Assembly: GCA_001643675.2 (NCBI GenBank)
Contig: LSRY02000013.1
Coordinates: forward strand, 1,736,001 to 1,800,000
Direction of reading: 5' to 3'
Length of the DNA: 64,000 nt
DNA from: Monocercomonoides exilis PA203
Taxonomy: Eukaryota; Protista; Preaxostyla
The position numbers and the translations under genes were made by a program. Positions 50,748 to 61,607 of this stretch are shown here, piece by piece. The notes beneath the pieces are model-generated. The model was given only the letters and a program-made list of their open reading frames with translations. It was not told where the DNA came from and did no database searches. Numbering within the stretch: position 1 is the first letter of the stretch; each line of letters opens with the position of its first letter.

Positions 50748-53113
50748 TCTATTTATAGCAATAATTTTTCAAATTGTTCGAAATTGTAAATCACTTAATG
50801 AAAAAAAAGGCAAATAGAAACATCTTTGAGAGTTTTGTAAAAAATGAAAACATAACAAACACAAAACCAATTGCTTCGTTTTATAAAAATAAGTGTGAAA
50901 AAAAGAATGTTCGTCAAAGCCAATGATCTTTCCTGATAAGGATAGAAAAGCAAACGTTTTTTTTCTCTTTGATCAAACCAACAGGAAATCAATTAGAAAA
51001 ATTATACATTTATTTTTTAGTTGCATGATTCGCATTCAAACTTGGTTTGGAGTTGAGCAAACTTATTTTACGGAAATGGAGTTTGACTGAAGAGAGAATG
51101 AAAGCAATCAAACAGTCAAAATCTCAAATAATAGAAAAAAATTGGTATTTTTTTAAAGCAAAAAAAGACAAAGACATGAGCATCGAAAAGTTATGAACCA
51201 AACATTTTATATTGATCTTTTTCTTATCCGACCTTTATTTCAAAGATGACTCATGAGATTATTGAAAATGAAGGAATTGATAAAATTATATTCAATTATA
51301 TTGACGAATAAAAGCAAAAAAAAAAGACAAATAGCAGACATAAAAATGCGAGGATTTTTTGATATAAAAGTTTTCATCAGTTATTTTGGACTCAAAGCGC
51401 GATGGATAGAAATTCAATGAAAATTATTTCCAGTTTAATTCTTTTAAACACATGAAGAAGAGGAAATAAAGCATTGAAAAGAACTCTTCAAAGAAGAGGC
51501 AAAAAAATCTACAGTTTTTTCATTGATTAGGTGCATACCACATCATTGCATTAAGCATTTTTATTGCAATTTTGTGCTCGCATTTAGAGTTATCTGAGAG
51601 CTTTGCTTCATTGAAATGATTTTTTCTGTTATTTCAAAGTGTTTGCTGGTTTCCGTTGACATTTCAAATATAATGTGTTGACTGAAGTTATAAGCTGTAA
51701 GGATAATTTTGTTATCAGTTCCTTTCTTGAATGGGCTATCCATGCTGAAGGAAAATTATGAAGAGGATTTAGCTTTCATCAATTCACATTTTTTAATGAA
51801 GCTCGTGCGTGCGATTGTTGGATTCCTTAGGAACTGTATAAAGACAACAATGGACAACATTGTGAATCGAGCATTGAAAGAGATTATATTCCAAAAGGCT
51901 TTGAGGTTGAGCGAAGATGGGAAAAAAAATTGAGAAGATAAAGGTAGATTATTTCAATATCGAAATCAAATAGCAGCCGAGTTTTTGAGTTCATTTCAAC
52001 ATTTTAATCGTTCAGTGGTGTTACCACTTGACAAGTTTTTTTCTCTGAAGACGCTTGTTTCGTTTTTTTGGAAAATTCATCACCTTTGATCGTTTTGATG
52101 ATAATCATTGATTTACCGATTTCAAGGCGGATTTTGAAGCAAACCTTGAAACAGTAGGAGCGATTCGGAAGCAAGTCCCACAGGACAGAACAGATTTTGA
52201 TTAAAGTGTTTGACCAAATTGAGGTATGTAAACCAATTCATGAAAAATTTGAGAATTTTTATTTATTTTATGCAGAGGGCAAGTGAAAAGGCCAATTAAC
52301 TCTGAATTCCAATGTTTGTACAGCTTTAACACAATAAGTTAAAAAATGGAAATTCAGGTAATTTGGAAATAAAAATAGAGAAAAATAATTTTTCTCAACA
52401 ACTTTGTGTGAAGAACAACAGAATACTTACTATTATTTTATTTTATTTTATTTTATTTTTTTTCGAATGAGCATATTCATTTTCTTTGGTGAAAAAAAAA
52501 TTTAGACAACTGAAACGCTCTTCACTTTTATGTATTTGAATAAAATGTTTATCCACAGTATTCAGTTCCTGAAAAAAATGTTCAAAAAAGCAACTTTTCT
52601 CTTTAAACCCCCACATTCTTCGAATTTTTATTTTTTTAAAAAAAAATCAAAAGGTTTTCCTTTCACCAAAGCATTGAACAGCCTTCAACAAAATAACTTG
52701 AAGATAAAAAAGAATTTCAAATTAATTGTAAGAAAAACATAATATTATAAACTTCACAATCTGCAAGAGCACAATGCTCACAATCTAATGAACAATCAAA
52801 AAGAGATAAAAAAAACTCATTTGTAAAAAACGAAGATCACTTTCAAACTGAATCCAGTTTGAAATTCAACAGTTATTAAAAAGAAAGAAAGAAAAAAAGA
52901 AAAGAATAAAAATCTATTAAACTTCTCCACAAAAGCACGACACAATAAAACAATTAAATAAACACCATTCAAACAAACAAGAAACAATTTTATAATTGCA
53001 TCGATTCATCCAATAAAATTGTCTTTTTTCAATAATAATAATAATAATAATAAATGTAAAAATAAACAATCAAAAAAATAAATTAACCTAATAAAATTAA
53101 GCAAATGTCCGCG

Positions 53114-54427
53114 TTACGGCGGCATGTAATAATCATTCTTGCCTTTTTCACCAAAAATCGGAGAGAAATCTTCCTTTGCGATACACTCAATGCTTTCAGT
53201 GCCTTTTCCGCAGCTGTAACTCCCACTGCTATTTCCACTGCCACTGCCACTGCTGCTGCCACTGCTGCTGCCACTGCTGCTGCTTGTTCCAATGCCCCTT
53301 TCAATCAGAAGCCTTTCAATCTGCTTCTCTGCCTCCAGCTTCACCTTCTCTTCCTTCGTCTTCCTCGCCCTCTTCTCCTCCGCTTTCTGCTTTTTCTCTT
53401 CTCTTCGCCGTTCACCCCAGCTCATCAGCCATTTCCACCCTTCGATCCTCTTCCACCCGCTAACCCGCTTCTCCACACACTCCCTCAGAACACTTCGAAA
53501 CTCTCCATTGAACATCTTCTTCTTCAGCGACCTCTCTTTTCCAATCCCTTCAAACAAAAGCCCATTCGCATGTAGCACTCCAACCAAGAGAAACACAACA
53601 AACATTACCTCACCAAAGATGCACAGCACCCACAGCGGCCCGCTCACCCCCGGTAAGCAACTCAGCGCAATCCCTCCCAAAAAGATGAGTTGCCCAAAAA
53701 CCGTCAAAAAAATCACATTGCACACAAAACACTTTTCTGACAGGCAAAAACGCCTGTGGCACAGCACCCTTTCCTTTTCTTTCTGAGCCACCCGTTTGTA
53801 CTCCGCTATCACGTTCTTTTGGTCAGTGCCCAAATGCTCGTCTCCCTGATATAAATCCTTCTCAATCGCCTGCTTTGCCACTGCTATCTCCAAATCTTTC
53901 GCACGCCAAAACGGATCTTCATGAGGGATATATCTAAGTCTATCATCAGGATCAGTCACATTACTCATAATCCTCGAGAAGAAATCCCGCGATGGTACAC
54001 CATTCAAGTCGAGTAATGGTGCAACAAGACAGTCATCCTGCTCCTGTTTTTTCCCGGCCATCATATGCGCACGAATAAATGAATCGTTTATCTTTGGTAT
54101 TTCAAACTGGCGAGGTTTCGGATGCCCGGTTGGAATTGATGCAAACGCAGCTCTGCAGTTATCAGAATTTGGAAGGCTGCTGGGCGGCTCTTGAGTTGTG
54201 CCCATACTTTGTATAAAAGCAACCTCCTGCCAGAACTCCACTTTTTGCTCAAGGCCCAACGCCTGCGCAAACTCTTCAAGCGCTGACGAAGGAGGATTAG
54301 AGGGATAATAATTCTCAAACATTTTCAACAATTTTTCCTTTTCCGTTGCCCCAAGCTTTCTCATGAAATTCATCATTCTTTCTGGTACATTTTTAATTCC
54401 TTGGCCGCCTATCTCCTGCGCTTTCAT
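53114..54427 (-). CDS. Hypothetical protein (~437 aa) with two TM helices, a coiled coil and SSSG repeats
   Basis: Long single-exon ORF, GC-richer than its flanks. TM segments VIFLTVFGQLIFLGGIALSCL and LWVLCIFGEVMFVVFLLVGVL. K/E-rich coil. Confidence 0.75.
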   Translation of the reverse strand: MKAQEIGGQGIKNVPERMMNFMRKLGATEKEKLLKMFENYYPSNPPSSALEEFAQALGLEQKVEFWQEVAFIQSMGTTQEPPSSLPNSDNCRAAFASIPTGHPKPRQFEIPKINDSFIRAHMMAGKKQEQDDCLVAPLLDLNGVPSRDFFSRIMSNVTDPDDRLRYIPHEDPFWRAKDLEIAVAKQAIEKDLYQGDEHLGTDQKNVIAEYKRVAQKEKERVLCHRRFCLSEKCFVCNVIFLTVFGQLIFLGGIALSCLPGVSGPLWVLCIFGEVMFVVFLLVGVLHANGLLFEGIGKERSLKKKMFNGEFRSVLRECVEKRVSGWKRIEGWKWLMSWGERRREEKKQKAEEKRARKTKEEKVKLEAEKQIERLLIERGIGTSSSSGSSSGSSSGSGSGNSSGSYSCGKGTESIECIAKEDFSPIFGEKGKNDYYMPP

Positions 54428-56824
54428 CAAATTTTTGTTTTTCAGCTGATTTGAATGATCTTTATCCTTAACAATATATGTTGAATGATCGATATTTACT
54501 CATTGTTACAGCAAACAATTAATTTGAAAAGAATACATGAAAAATATAATGTTCTCATTTTTTCCTGAAACATCCCATTTTAAATAATAAATTTAGTTTT
54601 TTCAAAAAATAACAAAAACATAAACTCATATTTTTGAATAAAAAATAAAAATTATGAGTTAAATAATACAAACATTGTGCAATGTTTGATACCCAAAAAA
54701 ATTTGATGAACACTGAAAAAGCCAGAATATTGAAAATACTTTTGATTTATTTTTTTTTGTTTAAATTATTTTAACCAAAGAAAATTTTATCATTATGGTT
54801 TGATATATACATTTCCATCATAATTTCACAATCGGAATTTTTTTTAAATGAAAGAAAGCATTTTATTAAAGATTTATGTTCAAAAAAGAAATAGTTTCAT
54901 TTATATTTGTTTTAAAAAAAATATCTTTCTGTTTACAATTGTTCAAAAATGAAAATGCTAAAAATATTAAATAAATTATGAAGAACGAACAATGTCTATT
55001 TTTTTTCTTTGAAAATATTCATATTTAGGTTGTTGAAAGATTATTGAAGTCGAATTTGTTATTTCATGGATGAAGTTGAAGAGAAGAATTAAATAACTCG
55101 TTGGGAGCGTGGATTACCCATTTGAATGGATTTGTGTCATCTGAGTCAGCAAAGATGAATGCAAAGAAGACCTGACATTGAATAACATTTGCATGCTTTT
55201 TTTAGATAATAATCTTCTTTTTTCTTTCTTTCTTGGAAATTGTTCTTTGCCTTCAAATACGTGTGTCAATAATTTGATCCTAAAATATGTTTTATTTTCA
55301 ATTTAAAAATTTCAACTCTTTTGAAGACAATCCTCTTTTCTTCCTCTTCTTTTTCTCAAATGTCCCAAAAGAAATTGAATGAGTATTTTGATTGGAAGAG
55401 TCTTCCATTCATCATAATAAGCGCGATCCGTTGCAACTAGGAGCCATCATTTCCAATAATGCTGAATCGTCTGCAGAATGGTGTTGCATAGAGTTTGCTC
55501 TTGCTGTTCTCGGATAACATACGCTTGATGAAGTGAAGCCTCTATAACACGGATGTGGTTTGAAAAAAAAGCTGGCACAATGGATCTTTATGAGCCCGAA
55601 AAGAAAAAGGCAGCGCAGGCAAAGTCCTGTGGATTCTGGCACAGCTTTGAAGAACCATCTGAAATGAAAAAAGAGAAGTCGGAAGCTGAAGTCCAGGAGG
55701 AAGATGAAGAATTGCGAAAGTCTGAATTATAATGTAAAAAGCTCATTCACGTGCTTCATCACCATCAGCTTTGGTCGTGAAGGTGTTGGATGAGAAAGAA
55801 CATTCAATTGCAATTTTTTGGGTTCATTTGATAAATCTATCACCAGATAGAGTACTTTCAACCGAACTGCTTCATTTGTCTTCAATGTCTTTTGTTTCTT
55901 ATCACTTTTTTGAAACTTCTTTCTTCGATCAAACATCTGCAAGCACTTCAATGCCATCACTATCTTCTTCATTTGGTTCAGAATCCAACAGTGCGCATCA
56001 GCTGCCTCTGATGCTCCCACTCCATTTGAAAGAGCTTATATCATCAAAAGCTTTTCCCACCTTTCTCTTTTTGCCAACAACTCGAAGTCATTTCTGTGGC
56101 ATCATACAGCATTGATAAACATAAACTGTGCACTGTCTCCAATGAACCGGTTCCTATCGAGCTCCACCGCAACACGCCCATTGCTCTGAAGCCTGTTGTG
56201 CGCTTGCGTCAAAAGATGAGGCTTTCTTTATTCGCTTCTTCTTTTCGAGTCGTTCAATCTTATTGTGCAATATTGGAAGACAAGTCAGCAGAAGAAGGCA
56301 ATACAAGCTCATGAAAGCAACCACTCTTCAATTCATCTGAAAATCTATGGGAAATCATCTTCATTCATTTCTCGATAAATCAGAATGTAGACCAAGGCAA
56401 TATGTCTGGTGATATAAGGCTCGAGCGCTTGAAACATAAAGATTCGATTTTTGACAGTGGAACTTTCAGTAACACTTTGCCAGACGACAATCAAACAACT
56501 TCTTGTTTAAGTCTTTTCCCAAAAGTCAAGTCACAAAATTAGAAGATAAGGAAATAAAGACGCTCGAAACTGATTTGTTTAACCGTTTCCAACTTGAAAA
56601 GAAGTGGAGCCACTTGTATAAACAGATTTGCATTCCATGAAAGAAGAAGATGATGATAACTCTTCTTCGCCAGTGCAACATAATTAGCAGAAGAGAAAGT
56701 GACATCGAAAATGCATTGATAAAATGAGGTTTAATAGGATTTATATATGAGTGTTTTTGCATTTGATCAATGATGAATTGCATGTTATTGTTACTTTTTT
56801 GATTATTTTAATCGCTTGAAAAAT

Positions 56825-56838
56825 CTTCCTCTTCTTCC

Positions 56839-56871
<33 letters not shown>

Positions 56872-57055
56872 ATTTCAAATGAAATTCCTTCTATTTCTCT
56901 TTCTTCTTCTTCTTCCTCCTCCTCCTCCGCTTCTTCTTCTCATTCTCTTCCTTCTTCTTCTCTTCCTTCTCATTCTATTAATTCTTCTATTTCTTTTTCT
57001 TCCTCTTTTCCTTCTTCTTCTCTTTCTTTCATTGCCATTCATTTTCTTCTTCCAT
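56825..57055. repeat. (CTT/CCT)n microsatellite
   Basis: Directly visible. Confidence 0.85.
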
Positions 57056-57099
57056 TGTTCCTTCAATGCAACAAATGTCTCTCTTTAGCTGCTTTTGAT

Positions 57100-58560
57100 T
57101 TGGGTATCTTTTCTCTTCTTGCACCATTGATACTGTTTCCCGCAGACAAACAACTGAATCCCCCATCTCTTTGCATTAGCTACCACGCGCTGTGGAAGCA
57201 CCCTTACATTTTAAAAATGTCAGTGCTTCAATGATCACAACAACATGACAAGAAGATGAAGAAACTCAATGATATATCTGTAGACTTGTCAATACACGAG
57301 CACCATAGTGAACTTAATCAGCTTCAGAAAATATGATCGATTGAAAACTGAATCTGAAGAATTCTCCGTTTTTAAAAACCATTTCTAATAGAAGCCGCAA
57401 CACAAGATAAACACAAACCAACATCATAACAATCAGAAATAAATGAATTAAACAGTCTTCAGAGAAATTGTTCACTCTCGATGTTCGTCTGAGAAAGCAT
57501 GGCCGTCTTGTCTAACGTTTGCAAGCACCTCAGAGCACCCAAAACGAAGCAACAAAGTCCCCACAAATCAACTCCGCATCGATGCTACGCAAATGGAGCA
57601 CAACAATAAAATCTGTGGATGGCTGCGCTTGAAGTGGTTGACACAAATATTCTGTATTTTTTCTGTAGTTGCCTGTGGCGTCTAAGAAAGCAAACTTCGA
57701 ATGACAATCGCCTTGCTTGATCAAAATGGCAGTCCCTTCGAAGAATGAAATTCGAATGTGGTTGGCCTGAATGCCCTTCGATTGCTAAAAAAACACTCGA
57801 TAATAGGTTGTATCTTTGATGGCGTTTCTCCACTCTTTTGAAGCAAAAGCGGAATCGGAAATAGAATTCCTTCGTTTTCCGTGTCTGTCAGGGACAGTCC
57901 GAGAAACAGGAAAACCTTATAAATAAAACCGATATTTTGGGGTTCTTTTTTCCATTGAATTCTTGCCTTTTTTTTGTGATAAATATCCTTCCCTCGATAT
58001 TGCCTGCCACTTTCCTTGCCGAAAAATACCCCAAACTTCTCCACTGCATTAAATTCCATAATTCTATATAATTTTGTGCAGATTTTGTCCTTCACAGAAT
58101 TCTATCCTTATATCGACATTCAATAAAACATCATTTGAATTTGTTTTAATCTTTTGTTCCAATCAAAAATTATAAAAATCATGAATCTGCGTAACTTCAT
58201 TCATTTCTCATTTGCTATATAATAATCTGCTCAATTTATCGTATTGCTCTCCAAAGCGGAGATTGTCCATTTCAACAAAAACTAATATTACTGCACTTTG
58301 GAGAGGATACAAATAAAAATATCTTCACAATCAACAGAACAATAAAAATTACATACATTATATCTTTTGTGTTATGAATAAAATTGTTGCATTCCCCTTG
58401 ACCATCCAATTTCCAAAAATCATCAGTCAGAATTTCAAAATCAACTTTTCACAATCATGCCATCTGTCATCACAGGAAATAATATTTCTAGTTCTATAGA
58501 TAATGTTCACTCACGGAATTCTCATTTTGCGGATGTATATCCAAATCTAAACAACCAAAT
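57100..58560 (-). mobile_element. Decayed partner gene divergent from copy E, possible Mutator-like transposase relic
   Basis: The 5' part is homologous to 8090-8590 (FYCSVDCEDIFIC vs FHCSIDCYDISIC; EQKIKTNSNDVL vs EQKRKTYSTDIL). Downstream FAFLDATGN (~57682) resembles a first catalytic Asp motif. Many stops. Confidence 0.45.
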
Positions 58561-58734
58561 TGATCAAAGTATCCATTACTGCAAATCAGAATAAGATTTA
58601 TCGTTTTTTTCTTTCTTTATTACACCTTGTCAAATAATTTTAACAACATAGAATGGTATTACTATTTATATTTTCATTTCTGTTTTGATATTGTTTTTTC
58701 GCCAATTTCTTCCATCTGTTCATATGCGAATTCA

Positions 58735-60194
58735 ATGTTAATGATAAAAACGGAATTGTTTTTTGAATGCAATGGATTTTTAAAAATGCAGAAAACTTGT
58801 GAAATTGAAAGATTTGACGGTTTGTGTTCATTATTGTATTTGTACACTGTTAATTGTGATATTTTCACTTTATTTTTTCAGATTTGCTTTCTGATTTGGA
58901 GCGTCGCAACGAGGAGGAGCAAAAACAGATTATTGAAGAAATGAACAAGCAAATTTACGCTGTGATTTTGAAAAATATTTATTTTCCTTTTACAAAAGAA
59001 TGGTTCGACAAAATGGACAAAATGATTGAAGAAAAGAAATTGTCAATGGAAAATGCTATTGAATTTTTAAAGTTCTTGGGTTATGGCAAGGAATTGAAAT
59101 GCTTGACATGCTGTTCATTTGATGAATCATTATTGGGCAAAAGAATGAAAGAAATGATGATTGATGAAAATGAAAGGAATAAAGAAGAAAAGCTTTTGAC
59201 TGATCTTTGCGAATGCTATATTTCTCTTGGTCATGATAAACCCCCTGATTTGTTATCGATTTACGTGCCTTGCCTTCTGAAAGCTGCCTCAAAGAAAGAG
59301 GAAAATGAAAAAGCACAAAAAGATGTGGAAATTTCCTTGCTGGCTTTGAGCAACTTAGAAAATTATGTTAGAACATTATTATTTCCTTTTTGATATTTTT
59401 GATATTTTTCCCTTCTTATTTCTGATTAGGAAATGCCAAAAGAACTGTATTTGAACGAAATCAAAGAGATTATCAAATATCATCAAGAGCATCGCAATCT
59501 CACTCATCTTGCCTATCAGACTTCTTGGAGGCTTTTAGTTAACCGACTTTGGGTTGACAATTATTTGGAAGAAGTGATTGTGAATGAGCTGCATTTTGTG
59601 AGAGAGGCAGCAGGAGAAATCGAAGACCTGTCAAAGTGTGTGGATTGGAAGAAAACTCCAAAGGAAATGAGCAGAGAAGAAATGAAAGGAATGCTTATAA
59701 TAGGGAGATGGTTCAATGATATTGATAGTTTCTTTTCCTCGTGCAATCTGTGGAACGAAGAACTTACTGGACTTAACCGCGGCCTTGTTCAGTTATCTCG
59801 AGCATCAAGGGACAATCACAAAGATATTTGCAATCGATGTCTTTATTCATTTGGAGAAGCAGGAAAAAAGAGAAATGTGAAAAACAATGACTTGTTGAAA
59901 AGTGGAGCTATCGATGCTGTTTTGGAGGAACTTCAGCAGCTAACATTAAATCACGATTTGGTGTTGGATTGGTTGTATTTCTTTTTGAATATTTCAAGGA
60001 GAGCGAAAGAAGAGGAGGAGGATGAAAAGGATGAAGCAAAAAGAAAGGCAACCAAAAGGAAGATATTTGAAAAGATGGAAGAAGAAGGATGCGAAGATAT
60101 CATCACAAGCTTTTATGGAAATATTATTTTTTTTTTATTTCATTATGAATGTGGACTATCGTTGAATATTTCTGATTATTTTGTGAATGTTTGA
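58735..60194 (+). CDS. EIIKYHQEH-family protein, copy E, intact (exons 58735-58819, 58882-59366, 59430-60194)
   Basis: Introns 58820-58881 (phase 1) and 59367-59429 (phase 0) splice in frame. Family motifs present. Confidence 0.85.
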
Positions 60195-61166
60195 GGAAAT
60201 ATGAAGTTATTTATTCTGCATATCATAAATATTCACAAATTTAATTTTATCATTTCCCAAAACAGAAAACAATCAGTCATTTGAATGTTTTTTCAAAAGC
60301 TGTTTTTTCTTGACTTCGAAATGGAGCAAAGCTGAAAAGAAGAAGGAATGGAAAAGAAAGAAAGAATCATCTTTTCGAAAATAAACATTTTTGAATCAAT
60401 CACATCTCGACTGGCTGTTTCAATCATATTATTCAAATATTAAAACTGGAAAGAAATGACATTGTTGCAAAATGTTTCTTTCTTTCTTTTTCTTCTTCGT
60501 TGTTTTTTTTTTTTGTTGTTTACCATTTTAGTTGCATCTTTCCTTCCTCTGCCTCAACAATCACGTTTTTAGAAAAAGAATCATTACCATTATTGGATCT
60601 TTCGCAAAATTCAGAATGCGCCCACTCCAAAATACGCCTTTCAAATGCTGATCCATCTGTCTATTCTTTCACATTCCTTCAAACGAACACTTCTCCCATT
60701 GAACAAAAAATCAAGATCACAAATCCATTTGAAGATTATTCTCCTCAGCCAAAGCTGTTCTTTTTCTTTGATTCTTTGATTTATCATTGAGAAAACAGGG
60801 CTGTAATTAGTGAAAGGGAAGTGTGCTATGAGTGAAAATGAGAGAAGGAATAAAAGAAAGAGAAAATCGCTATGGACGCGATTCACTTAAAAGCAAGAAA
60901 AAAATCAAGGAAAACGAAGTGTTTGTTGAAAGAAGATGCTATGTTTGAACAATTAGAAGGGTGAAAGAGATTTTGCAACTCTATTTTATATCGAAGGGCG
61001 ATTTCTCTGCAAAAGTTTCATCAAACACGCTTTCAAGCTTCTGAAATTATTATTCCCGGAGCATACAAAAATATTCACATCACAAGTTTTGCATGCAAAT
61101 GTGTTAATCAGGATAGTTTGACTGCTGCTTGCTCCGAAAAATAAAATAAAATAAAATAAAATAAAA

Positions 61167-61211
<45 letters not shown>

Positions 61212-61607
61212 CTGAAATCCTGAAATGAAAGATTAAGTTTTTATAAAAGGGATCAGACTAATCTCCAATTGTACATAAACAAAACAAGTCCATTCAAATC
61301 TCCAAATTATATTCTTCTTTCTTCTATTGTTCAATGAAATGAATTTAATAACAAACTGAATTGGGTACAAAAATTTAGATGCTGAATTCACATTTGCGTG
61401 ATATACAAAATAAACTGTGGAATTGCATTCCAATTTAAAAAAATAAATAATTAGATAGATATATATTTATTAAAAGCAAGACAAATGAAAAACAAAAGAT
61501 TTCAAAAATACAATGATTTACAAAATTAAATCTTTTTTTACAAAATCGAAAAATAAACAAACAAATAAATAAATAAATTATCTCAAATAGAATTGTTAAT
61601 CTCAATT

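Noticed and set aside
55100-56750. Coding-like degenerate DNA
   Set aside because: No frame or family could be assigned.
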